The notes under the pieces were generated by a model. The model was not told where the DNA came from. It saw only the letters and a list, made by a program, of their open reading frames with translations, and did no database searches. A DNA stretch of 64,000 nt, from NCBI GenBank assembly GCA_012295275.1, contig CM022665.1, positions 6,448,001 to 6,512,000 on the forward strand, in the 5' to 3' direction. Source of the DNA: Chrysomallon squamiferum. Lineage: Eukaryota; Animalia; Mollusca. The translations under genes were made by a program, and so were the position numbers. Position 1 is the first letter of the stretch; the number at the start of each line of letters is the position of its first letter. Of this stretch, positions 1 to 11,612 are shown in pieces.

Positions 1-187
1 ATGTATATAAACAATGTCATGGGAAACGCTTAAGACGTCACAACAGTGTGAAGAAGCAGAAAGATAGAAAATGGAAAGATGTCAAGCTTTGCTTTTGTTC
101 ATGTTTGCTTTTCGTTTTTTGAGGCACGCCCGATTCTGTAAACTTAAACGTTTGCATATGTCTGTAATTTATGGTTGTTGTTGTCAA

Positions 188-283
188 CTTTCCCGTCCGA
201 TTGATTATCTAAGTTAAGCAACATAGAGAGCTCAGTCAAAACGTTAACGAATAACTAACTGGAAATATCTAATCCTTTAGCCA
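188..283 (+). pseudogene. degenerate 5S rRNA pseudogene, 5'-damaged
   Basis: cccgtccgatt...aagttaagcaacatagag...ctggaaatatc...tttagcc follows the animal 5S consensus CTCGTCCGATCACCGAAGTTAAGCAACGTCGG...CTGGGAATACC...GTAGGC in order. It is preceded by the shared upstream block ttttgaggcac...ctgtaatttat. Confidence 0.6.
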
Positions 284-294
284 TTATTATTAGC

Positions 295-334
<40 letters not shown>

Positions 335-350
335 TTTTTTTTTTTTTTTT

Positions 351-402
351 ATCAGCTAATACTTGCGTGGATGACCACCTAGAAACAGCAAGTCCTCTAA
401 AC
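351..402 (+). pseudogene. 3' half fragment of a 5S rRNA pseudogene
   Basis: gctaatacttgcgtggatgaccacctagaaaca resembles GTTAGTACTTGGATGGGTGACCGCCTGGGAATA. It is followed by a T run and the shared downstream block ttttgttcacttgatttga. Confidence 0.55.
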
Positions 403-862
403 ATCATTTTTTTTTTCTTTCTCCTTTCAGTTTTGTTCACTTGATTTGATTACTGTTTGACAGCTTTCAAATTATCTTTTTACATATTCTCTCTTTACAT
501 ATTAATTTATTTCTACAAATCATTTCGATACTACGATAAACATACTAAAAATGCATAGTAATATTATACCTGTTGATATGCGACAGACATAATAAATATA
601 AACAAAATGGTATACATCCGCATCGTAGAAATTGTTTACGACGTCACAACAGTGCAATGACAAGACGTCATTATGCGCTAGAGAACAGAAAAGGGGGTCA
701 ATGACTACGTCTCAGTCTTATATGAAGTTGACTGGTTTTGAGGCACATCGATTTGTGAAGATGAAAAAGGTAGAGATATACGTGTACATATTTCTATAAT
801 TTATATTAATTCAGTCAAAAATCAAAATCAAATGAACAAAACTAAAGAAAGTGAAAAAATTA

Positions 863-969
863 ATGTTTACGGAACTCGGTGGTACCATCCACTTACAAAC
901 TAGCCCTATGTTGCATTTCTTCGACGATCGGACTTGAACCTGTGTTTTCAAGATTGTTTGTACACAGAC
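863..969 (-). pseudogene. degenerate 5S rRNA pseudogene
   Basis: The plus strand cggtggtaccatcc...ccctatgttgc...cttcgacgatcggacttgaacctgtgttttcaaga...cagac matches the reverse complement of 5S (CCATCCAAGTACTAACC...CGACGTTGCTTAACTTCGGTGATCGGACGAGAACCGGTGTGTTCAACG...GTAGAC). Confidence 0.65.
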
Positions 970-1325
970 GACAAAGATCAGGTAAATTAAATATAAACAT
1001 GTGTATATCTGACTTTAGAATTCACAGAACAGGATGTGCCTAAAAATGAATAGCAGATATGTCAAATCAAAAGTTTGGCGACTCTCCGCTTTTCTGTATT
1101 TCTTTCCTGCTTATGACTTTTTGTCAGTTCCTGTTATAACGTCACTTATATTTACCATTTCTCTCGGAAACAAAACTAAATTAAGGTATGTATTATAATA
1201 CATTTTGTTGTTTGGGTTGTACATTCTTTTTCTTCTTCTTCTTTTTTTTTTTTTTTTTTTTTTAATTAATTAATTTTTTTTAAATAAAACCAAATTAACA
1301 AAACTGAAGAGAGGAAAAAGTGAAC

Positions 1326-1445
1326 ATCTGTAGAACATTTGGTGTTCATAGGGCGGAAATAACCCAAGTACTAACCGATTCGTATGTTGTTGAATTTTGA
1401 TGATCCAACTAGAAACACTGTCTTCTGCGTAGTATGGACAACAGA
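1326..1445 (-). pseudogene. near full-length (about 120 nt) degenerate 5S rRNA pseudogene
   Basis: Contains the exact core ccaagtactaaccg plus ggcgg, tgttg, gatgatc and cgtagtatgg at 5S spacing. This is the best-preserved copy. Confidence 0.75.
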
Positions 1446-1894
1446 TGTAAGATGCAGATATATTTACATATACATATAATTATACCTTTTCAAACTTACA
1501 GAATCAGGTGTACCTAAAAATGAAGAGCCAATACGAAAAACTGAAACTTTAACATCTTTTGGCTCTTCTGTTTCTTCTGCTTCCTGTCTGCATTGTTGTG
1601 AAATCGTAAGCGGCTCTCACGATGCGACTGTATACATTAACATTTATATTTATTATTTTTATCGGAATTAGAAGTAACTTAACGAGTATGTATTATTATG
1701 AGTTGTCTTTACGTTTATCAAATAAAAACAAATTTGTAAGAAATTTTTATTTTATTTTATTTTATTTTTTATTTTTTTTTTTTTTTAAATAAACATTTAA
1801 AATAAACTAATATAATATGTAAAAATGTAATTAGAAAATTGTCAGGCAAAAACAAAAATCAAATGAACAAAACTAAAGAAACAGACAAATTAAT

Positions 1895-2008
1895 TCCTAC
1901 AGAAATCTGTAATTTCATGTAATCATTCATTAAAGTAACGAGACCTATGTCGTTTAACTGCGGTGATCAAAAGAAACGCGATACTTCCAACGTTGTGTGG
2001 CCGTAAAC
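1895..2008 (-). pseudogene. degenerate 5S rRNA pseudogene
   Basis: cctacag ... gtttaactgcggtgatc ... ccaacgttgtgtggccgtaaac matches both ends and the middle of reverse-complemented 5S. Confidence 0.65.
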
Positions 2009-2159
2009 AGCAGGCACAGTGATACATTTTGTATAAACAGGCGACCATTTTCTCTCTTGTTTCCATATAATTGCCTCATCAGGTTGCTGCGACGTCGTTT
2101 ATTCACTTTTTCATTTATTATTTATATCGACAACAGACGTAAATAAAGAGGTGTAATTG

Positions 2160-2212
2160 TAACACTCGGTTCTTGGACGGATGACCCACCTGGATTCACT
2201 AAGTTCTATAAA
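2160..2212 (+). pseudogene. internally deleted 5S rRNA pseudogene fragment
   Basis: aacactcggttct (5' part) is joined directly to tggacggatgacccacctgga (3' part), then the shared downstream block ttttattcacttgattttg. Confidence 0.55.
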
Positions 2213-3212
2213 TATTAACTATTTCTTTTTCATTTGTTTTATTCACTTGATTTTGTTTTCATTTGACGTTTTTCAAATTATATTTGCATGGATCCAGTTA
2301 GGAAATGAGGGACGACTTTTGTTTCCCCTTTACTAGTATGGAGTCAGAAACGTTTATTAGCGAGCCGTTATTAGGTTTCGAGCAGTTAAAATTTTAGTTT
2401 CTATTTTCTTTAATTATAGCTGATAATCTTGCTCATCTCTCAAAATCAACACATAATTATATTAAGATATCTTCAGACACTCCTTCTTTAATGATTTAAT
2501 AGCTTTAGACGGGGGTGTGCATTCTGGCAAGTTATCAGGGTGGTAAGGATGGCTCGGTAAATCAGTACAAACTGAAGTAGTTTGTGTTGCGAAAATTTTA
2601 CGGTAGGCCTGAATGAGGGTAGGTAATAGACAGTTCAGTACTTTATTTTTATTATTATTATCTGACCCCAATAACAAACTGCTTTTTTCACATTAGAAAA
2701 CAACAACAACAACAACAATAACAACAACAATAATAATAATAATAATAATAATAATATTCATGGAGGGACGAACAAACTAACGGACTGAGAGTACCCTTAA
2801 TTCCTAAAACCCGTTTCCCTCCATGTACGAAACCTTTTTTTTTTTTTTTTTTGCATACAAATATTTATTTTTTAAAGTTTGTTCCATTAATTTATTCTCA
2901 TAAATCTGTGATCATTCGATAAATATATTAAGAATGCAGAATATGACGCACCTCTTAATATACTTCTGTTTTCGAGATAAATAATAATGTAAATAACTAT
3001 AAACATTAGTGTATAGAACTGCATTCGGGAAGGCGCTTACGACATTACAACAATGCAGTGACGCAACGTCATTATTTGGAAGCACGCGAGAAAGACAGAA
3101 GAGCGGAATGTTGCCAAATTTTAAATCTTTTATCAGCTATTCGTTTTGAGGCACATCCGGTTTTGTGAAAAGGCTATTATGTATGTGTACAAATATCTGT
3201 AATTTATCGTTG

Positions 3213-3273
3213 TTGTTCATGGCCTACCGCGTTGAAATCTGTGGTTCTCATCCATTCAGCGAGATTAAACAAC
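3213..3273 (+). pseudogene. 5' half of a 5S rRNA pseudogene
   Basis: taccgcgttgaaatctgtggttctcatccattcagcgagattaaacaacg resembles TACCACGTTGAACACACCGGTTCTCGTCCGATCACCGAAGTTAAGCAACG. It is preceded by the shared upstream block. Confidence 0.7.
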
Positions 3274-3529
3274 GGATGATTCGATTTTCTCTTAAGGGAA
3301 GCTTATTAACTTCAGAACGGATTTACAAATATCGTGATTAATGTAAAATTAAAGTTGAAATAAGTCTTATTATAAACAAATAAACAAAAATATGAGAGTA
3401 ATCTTCTCTAGTCTTTATTTTGACGTTGTTGTTGTTTTTATTATTCCAAAATGACCTTACTTATTCTTACAACTGGAACAATTGAAAACTAGGCCTAAAT
3501 ATGATTACAACTTGCATAACTGAATGTAA

Positions 3530-3562
<33 letters not shown>

Positions 3563-4062
3563 CAATCCTCCCAATGATGAAAAAGAATTTATAAAATGTG
3601 ATATCATTATACAAAATGTAGGTTTATAAATTTGTGTTTTTAGTTACTGGTCATTCACCAGAACCTTGTTTCTATAAGTGGTTTAAACTTCATATATAAA
3701 TGATACACAAAATATATGTAAGGTAAATATGAGCTGTAATGAATTCTTCAATATGCAATAAAAGCCATGTAGTTTCATCTACCTAAGAAAAAGCAATTAA
3801 ATCTATCTCTTGTGAATTCGACTTATATATATATATATAACTTATTACGTCGATACCTTAATTTAAAAGTAATTATAATATATATATATGAAACATACCG
3901 AAAAGGTAAATAATAGTAAAGGTTAGAGATACAGCTATAGAAAGAAGGTTGTAAACTGATAGATACCAAATCTTGCAAATATAATTTTTTTTATTTTCCG
4001 TAACACTGCATGCGTTGCGATGCTCCTGCTTATTAGTGTAAATATAGCAAAGAAGAAATAAA

Positions 4063-7000
4063 ATGGCAGCGCCCTTGTGGTCGCAGTTTCAAGTTGTATG
4101 TAATCAGTTTTTTAGGTAAGCACTATAAAATGTAATATAGACTTACATTTTTATTACCATGTGTTGGTACATCAAAGTTATAATCGACTTATAACAGAAT
4201 AATGTTTGTTAGTGTCGTAATCTTAGTATAAAAAGTTGACCTTCTGCTTTCAGAAAGTCTGACGTCTGATCTCGTTCTCTTGAAAATCATGATCGCTTAC
4301 CCAAAGACAGATACACTACTTATTTTTAGTTGTTGTTTATTTTGTGTTTTGATTTCCTTCGATTGTTCCAGCTTTTAAATTCGTTTTCCAGCTGCTACGT
4401 TTCTTCAGGATTATTGTATTATATAAAACTGCATTGTGATCTTTTCTCTTATTCTACATAATTCTGATAATAGATTGTACTTTAGGTTGCTTGAAATCAC
4501 TGGGCGCATTAATGGTTTTGATATTCAAGGACAATTTCTCAACATCAAGAACTGGTTCATTATCATTCAAAACTTTGCTATCTGATCATGATTCTCTCTG
4601 TTCATCGAAATCAATGGTGTATTTAAGTAATGCACAAAATGGTTGAGGATTGCTCTCTTCTCCCCAGCACTTCCATAGAGTTGTTGGCATTCTCTGTGAC
4701 TGCAAATACTATACCTCTCATAGTAGATAGATGCAGGTTTAGCCACTTCTGACAAATCTGCAGGCTCCACATGATACTTCTTGGATGTTGTGAAGGCATC
4801 ACGTTTGTCATCTTTATCATTATTTTTCCAGGAGCAAGAAACCTGTTGATGATGGCACTATAAATCCCTCACACACACTTATATATGATTTGACCACCAA
4901 CACTTGCCATCATTAGCTGGTACACTGAAAAATGTTTCTTCAGTTCATTAACTGGGTTAATAAAAAACCCACTAATTGTAATTAATTAGCCTAACTGATT
5001 GCAAGTCGATTTAATCTGGTTTATATACTGTCAGAAAAAAGTAACTGTGTACAATTATCATGTTGATAAAAACATAATTTCAAGACATAAAATGATCAGA
5101 TAGCATTGTTTATTATGCAATTCTGCAAAATGTTAATTTGTTTAAAATGTCACAGCATCCATCACTTCATCGGTATTGGGGATGAACTATTATTCAGGAA
5201 ATTAATGCAAAAAACATGTCCATATGCAATCACAAAATTTTTATGTTGTAAACATTTTAAAGGTAGCAAGAGAAACAACTAAAATAACACTCCAGAGATA
5301 CTAACAGTTTATAAATCAAGCAATGGACTAAAAATAATTTTCAGTCACGTGTTTGGTTTGCCTAGAGTAGCCGACATATGGTTATGATGGTAATTTGATG
5401 TTCTGTTTTTGACAGGAGTAGCCAACTGGAAATAATTTTCTGTCATGTTTTTGGTTTGTCCAGGGTAGCCAACTGGAAATGATTTGGTGTTGCAGTAGTT
5501 TTCTTAATTACACCATATATTGGGTATTATCCAATTTATGTACACATCAGACATTGCATATATACATTACTGGATGAAAATCACTGGTCCACTTGAATCT
5601 GATGTACATGAGATTTACTGTATATACTGGAATTTTAACTGGGATTGCAAACCAATTAATATATATTGAAATTTTAATTGTTGATGGTGATTAGATTATA
5701 GTTATACACTTAATGGTCTCTGTGATTACTTCTGGGCTCTGATTACATTCTTTTGATGTGTTGGTCAGTTATGATTAGATTCTAATTAAACCCTTTTGTT
5801 CCAGTGATTGCTAATAAATAGTCAGATTAACAAGGAGATTGCATCCTATTTCAAACTATTCTGTCAAGGCTCTTCCCATTGTAAAGAGCAAACTGTTGTA
5901 TGAGTGTTTATACTTGCAAAAAAGATAGAGAAAATGCAGCTTTTACAGAAAAGGAAAAAAATAAGACTTAACTATCTTTAAAAACAGAAATTCTCTCTTC
6001 CCTTTATGACTTTGTATTATCATTTTAACAGTTCCAACACAATAATTGAAAAGAAAGCTCTTGTAACCTTTTTTTAAACACTGCATCAGAAAACAAAGCT
6101 AGATATGTTGTGGTCAGTTGTGATGAAATTTCACAAAGAGCACTAAAGAGCTAACAGAGGCTTGGGACAAGTTCAGATTTTACAACCACCTCATCCTGCA
6201 GCCATGTTCTGGACAAACATTTCTGTCTGATCTAATACATACATATCTTTATTTCTCAACCAAATGCCACCAAATTCACAGAAATCATATAAAATGAATT
6301 GTAAAATAATTTTGGATGCAACTGGTCACAGTTTAAGTCTTTATGAGATATTTGTCAGAACTACAACCTTGGTGAAGTTTGTTTTTTTCCAGTTATTCTG
6401 GACACTGTCACTGTCTAAACATTCTAAATACTCACTGAAAAATATACACATTCACTTAGTGTCAGATAACTTCCTTTTCTTTCTAAACCATAAAATTTTG
6501 TATATTTTCAGATTGTCTGTGTCATCAGCAGTGAAACCTCTACAGTACCAATGTCTCCATACACAAAGGAATCCACTTCTGTTTCGTGCAACGCCTTTGC
6601 TTAGGTTAGTATACATCACTTTGTCCACAGCAGTATATATTTTTTTTATAATTTATAAAAAAAGAAAAAAGGTTTAAATACACTCCAGCTTAGAAAATAT
6701 TGCCAAAGGTAAATACATTATTGGAGGAGTAATAAGCAGTATCAATATTACACTTAACTAAAGTTAAATTAAAAGTGAAACAGTATTCAATTAACCATGC
6801 AGAAGTATATTTTCTGTCTTCTTTATTTCTACAATTAAGATTATTAACATTTGAAAAATCTTTGCTTTACTTTTTTAAATTTATAAACAAGAACATTAAT
6901 TTAGAAATTATAAATCTTTTATAGTGCTGAGCCAATGAAGAAAAAGAAACGTGTTGATCCAACTTTACTTTTGCATCGAGAACAAAAAAAGAAGAAACGA

Positions 7001-8528
7001 ATAGAAAAACAGATCAAGAGATTGGAGAAACAGGGCCGACAGTTAAAACCTATAATGGAAATTGAAGGAGAACCAAAATTAAGACATGAAATTCAGTGAG
7101 TATTATAATCTCTATTCATATGTAATATGTAACAAAAGATGATTATCCTTAAACATAAGATCGTTTTTACACTGTATAATGATGTGTTTGAAGCTGTTTT
7201 CTTTGGATATATTTGTGATTAAAATCAATAACAGAAAATTTGTAATTCCTTACACAGCATACTAGTACATATGATATTAATTCTTTCACTGGTAATGTTA
7301 AAATGCATAATTATTCAGGTATATTTAAACATGTAAAATAACATTAAAGCAGATCTAATTTTTGTATCAAGACATTAAATATATTGTTGAAGTGCAGTAC
7401 ATATCTTAACAGTCTGTGTTAATTATACCTGCAGACTACGCAAACGAGAAACAAAGCCTTTGATGTTTGAAGAAGGTGAAGCTCGAATAGCATTACACAA
7501 ATCATGGTGTCATTACAAACTCAAAGAACACATTAATGAACTGACAGTAATAAGTCAAGCCATCGAGGCCCAGCAGAGGGCACTCACAGAACTAAGAAAT
7601 GAATCTGAGGATCTGTATCAGCAAGCAATTATGGTAAAAACAAGACAATTTTATAATTAAAGCCACCTGTAATGATTGAATAAAATGATCATTAAATATT
7701 ACTAATTTAGCTGAAGAGAAATGTTATTTCTTTATCTGATATCAGGATAAAAAATTTTTTTTTTTTTTTTTTAGAATTTTGATCTAAGAAAAAAGTTACT
7801 TATATTTTAAAATGAATAAAAAGAATTATCCAGGTTTTTATATATACTGTGGTACCTCAACTTGTGAATGTTTTGAGTTACAAGCAGTCATCTGGGCAGT
7901 TTTGCTTTTGAGTTATGATCCAAAATCTGAGTTATGAGTAAGCTTCATAAAAACATAAGCAAAGTGTGCATCTAGTCGACTTGGCTAGGTAGTAGAAGCT
8001 TAGTACTTCTACAATATGTACCGTACTGAAGCAGGAGTCAATAAAGGCTATAACTCCAGCCAAAGGAATTAAAATAATTTGTCCGATCTCCAAGATACTT
8101 TTACAAAACCAATTTATTTTGATATTCTCTTTTATTTATATACAATATTTATCATTTATAAATACCTTTTTCTTATTTAAACACATATTACAAAAAAAAT
8201 TGTGGTTTTAGGGGGACTGGAATGGATTAATGGTATTTCAATTAATTTCATTTGGGAAAATTGATTTGATATACGAGCAAACTGAGTTACAAACTCGGTC
8301 ATGGAATGAATTAAACTCGTAAGTCAAGGTACCATTGTATATGTGTATGTATATATATATATATCAATTATAAGCTGTTTTAATTTAATTTTTAATCCGT
8401 TTCTCTTTCTCAAGGTGGATGAAGGATTAATTCCCATTGTTTTACAAGGACCTGTACACACACCTCCAAAGGATGATTATGAGCCTCCTGATGGAGATTA
8501 TATTGATACAACAAAAACTTATAAATAA
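4063..8528 (+). CDS. MRPL40: 39S mitochondrial ribosomal protein L40; exons 4063-4115, 6512-6604, 6925-7095, 7435-7633, 8415-8528
   Basis: The spliced frame is continuous with GT-AG introns. It gives a presequence-like MAAPLWSQF..., the signature AEPMKKKKRVDP...KKRIEKQIKRLEKQGRQLKPIME, then AQQRALTELRNESEDLYQQAI and GPVHTPPKDDYEPPDGDYIDTTK*. Confidence 0.93.
4480..4830 (-). mobile_element. possible decayed piggyBac-like transposase remnant in MRPL40 intron 1
   Basis: Locally higher GC. Peptides from different frames (EPADLSEV, MRGIVF..NNSMEVL, IDFDEQ, RENHDQIAKF*MIMNQF) fall in the order of the piggyBac W.P.D..E..F.GLL..RG / FDD...DR.A.IR segment. Similarity is weak and no terminal repeats were found. 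Confidence 0.25.
5345..5490. repeat. three degenerate repeats of about 45-50 bp
   Basis: gagtagccgacatatgg (about 5364), ggagtagccaactggaaat (about 5415) and gggtagccaactggaaat (about 5463), each preceded by gtttt/ggtttg. Confidence 0.6.
7847..8337. mobile_element. non-autonomous Tc1/mariner-pogo (Tigger-like) DNA transposon, about 490 bp
   Basis: TA-flanked imperfect terminal inverted repeats: ctgtggtacctcaacttgtga versus the reverse complement of the right end, caatggtaccttgacttacga (15/21 identical). The subterminal ggaatggattaat...gatatacgagcaaactgagttac is typical of Tigger-type ends. Confidence 0.8.
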
Positions 8529-9241
8529 GTAATAATGCTGCTTTTCAGTAGACCGTGTAATGTTTGGCAGAAACATCTTCTGATGAAAAAAGGCAATTAC
8601 TAATTATAAAACATTATAATTAATGATAACATTAGTAAGATTCATTTTAAACTGAAATTTAGTTTTCTATGAATATTTTCAGATTATGTAATGTTGATTT
8701 ATTTTTATGCAACTATTCATGGTCATGTTGAATAAGTAACATTTTATTCTTTTCACTGTAAGTTTTTAAATTAAAAACTGAAATTTTGTAACTGTCTTAT
8801 TAGTTTGTATACATATCTATGTTCCAATCATAAACTGTAAATGAGGTAATTAATAAAATGCATATTGTATTATTTGGTGAGGGTTTTTGCATGGGTGTTT
8901 TTTGTTTTTTTTTCCCAACAAATTTTTTGCTTTAATGTATTAAGACCTGTGTGCAATACTTGGTAACCCACATTTTATACATGGATTTTTTTGACAGCAT
9001 TATAACCAGTAAACAACACTGGATTTAATAAAGCAAATTTTACCTTAATTTTCATTTAAATCTGAATTGAATGTTTATGATGGGTTTAATAAATACATGG
9101 TTATGCACATACATATAGAATGTTAATATATCTAGCCAGAAATCAACAAAATGGTTCATTTTTGCTTTTGAATGAGAATAAATAAATTATACCTATAATA
9201 TTCAGTTAGGTAGATGCATAAACACTAACATTATATGTATT

Positions 9242-9441
9242 TAAAATAAAATAACAAAAACATTCTTTTTTAATAATTTTATTGAATCAAAATAGTGTAA
9301 AAACATTATAAAAGTTCAGTTTATACAAGTGATAAATCAAATAAAATAAAATAACAAAAACATTCTTTTTTAATAATTTTATTGAATCAAAATAGTGTAA
9401 AAACATTATAAAAGTTCAGTTTATACAAGTGATAAATCAAA
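9242..9441. repeat. perfect 100-bp tandem duplication containing a minus-strand AATAAA
   Basis: 9242-9341 is identical to 9342-9441. tttatt occurs at 9278 and 9378. Confidence 0.95.
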
Positions 9442-9693
9442 ACTTCTTTGAAAATATATATATATTTTAAGACATATTTTAGATGTTAATGTACTGATAA
9501 AGTCTTCTGAAGCACCACAGCTGCAGACAGACATTATTTCATAGAAACATTAGGTCTGATTCTAACTGGTAATATAAATTATCTTACAAAGCTTCTACCT
9601 TCTTTATCTGGAATGATGTAAATTATCACATTTGAACAAACCTTTGAATGGTTAAGCAAAAACTTGTTTTCTTCTTAAAACCTGGAATAACAG

Positions 9694-11569
9694 TCATGTG
9701 TTTGCCAATCTTGATGATGAGCCACTTGAAGAACACTCTTCACCCGTATTGGCTGTTGACTGTTCACAGAAAGCTCTTAGAGCATGGATCAGTTCTAATG
9801 AATTATTAATGTTAGTTGTTGTCTGAGCCATTTCACTGCAAAACTGGTCAAAAGATTCACGAGAATCATCTTTCCTACGAATATTTCCAAAAGCACTTTC
9901 AGCCATGAGTACAATTTGGTTTTGTACATCCTCCAAAGTACAAACATGTTCTTTTTCAGCTTCCACATTCAGCTGGCTATTTTCTTCTTTTTCTTCCTCA
10001 ACTAAAATGAAATGACCATTTCAACATGCAATGAACATTTTGAAAATCTTAGTAAATACTGTTAACTTTATACTTACCTTGAACAAGATGCTGTTTATAG
10101 TTCACAAAATAAACATAAAAATAAACTGTATAATTATATCATTAATTCTCAAAATTTCATATAATGTTTTACTAGATGGCACTTTAATATTATACAAAAT
10201 TTGTTTATTATTTTAACCACTACTGTAAAAGAATTCACACAAGATTATCTAAAATGAAACTAAGCTGCACAACAAATATATTCGTGAAAAAGCAAAAAAG
10301 GAATTCATGGTTTATGTTTGAAAATAATAAATTAAATTCATAATTACCATTTCAAAAATGAAAATGTCAGCTGATCCTACACTGGATATGTTTGTAAACA
10401 GATTTACTTCAGATTATACAGTAATTTTTGAAATGGAGTGAACTACCAAATTTGTTTCAATTTTTAATAATACTGAATAAAATAAATAGATTCTAAAACT
10501 GAATGAATAAAAAGTTACCTTCCACTTTCAACTTTTTGGGGACAGGTTCTAAAGATAGTGAATCTACAGGAAGCTCCAGCAGTTTGGAAAGGTGGTCTTG
10601 CTGTGTCTTTTTCAAGGATTCAACCAAAACTTGAAATGCTCGATCTGATCGCCGGACAATATAATCTAATAATTCTTCATTAGCTGATTCTCTTGACTTC
10701 TCTTTTAAGCGACTTATTTCAGACAGTGTCAAGATCTTTTGAGAAACAAATTCATTGTAAATTTCATCTGGTGTCATGTCACTGACAAGTAATGGACGCT
10801 GCTTGTTAATAAGCTGTTTTTTCTTTGCACTCATCACATGTTCCACTTCAAATAAAATAAAATTTATTTAGCCAAATCAGTAAAATTATGACAAGACATA
10901 TTTTTTGTTTGTTTTTACTCTACTGTAACTTAGTTAAATGATTATGCTAATTCTGTCTCTTTAAAAAACAACTTTGATGCCTATTTTACTTAAATAACAT
11001 TTCATTAGGGATATAATTCAATATCTTAATATTTTTAGTTTTATAAACATGAGAATAACTCGAAACAAATATTAAAATATTGAATTTTCACAATTATCAT
11101 CTGATTAACCATATAACAACATTAATTATACATCTTAAAGTGATCATACACAACTCAAATATGATTTCTGACATTAATCATACTAAAGTAACCTACCTAA
11201 ACTTTTATTTTTATCTTCTTTTGTTTCTCCAAGTTCCAACAAATCTGCCAGATGACCCTGACATGTCAATTTTAAGGATTCTACCAGAGTTGTGAATGCT
11301 AAGTCTGACTTTCTCATGATATGTCCAATCAGTTCAGTGTTAATAGTTTCCCATGTAGTACCAGCTCTTATGCGACGTACATCCATAGATGTGAGTGTAT
11401 CTTTTGAAATCAGTATATTAAACATGTCATCTGGGACCATGTTCTCCACAAGAATGGTTAAATTGTCTTTAAGAATTTGTTTATGAACACTGGACATCAA
11501 GCTGTCACTAGCTGAAAAATAAATCATAAACTAATAGGTTACCTTCTTACAGATAACACAAATATAGGA

Positions 11570-11612
<43 letters not shown>

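Larger units (their letters stand above)
30..3275. repeat. diverged repeat units (5S-associated spacer) in direct and inverted orientation
   Basis: Block gacgtcacaacagtg at about 35, 639 and 3041, inverted at about 1590. Block ttttgaggcac..gat(t)tgtgaa at about 117, 736 and 3144, inverted at about 1021-1048 and 1493-1522. Block caaaaatcaaatgaacaaaactaaagaaa at about 823 and 1853, inverted at about 430 and 2235. Confidence 0.8.

Noticed and set aside
2462-2677. 71-aa minus-strand ORF
   Set aside because: Non-ATG start, no recognisable domain and no linked exons. It may be a repeat fragment.
1-3300. Functional 5S rRNA genes
   Set aside because: Every copy has many substitutions or deletions relative to the highly conserved 5S consensus and differs from the others.
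4000-4072. NRF-1-like (gcatgcg) and YY1-like (aaaatggc) motifs at the MRPL40 start
   Set aside because: Only partial matches, and the YY1-like site is confounded with the ATG-Ala start context.
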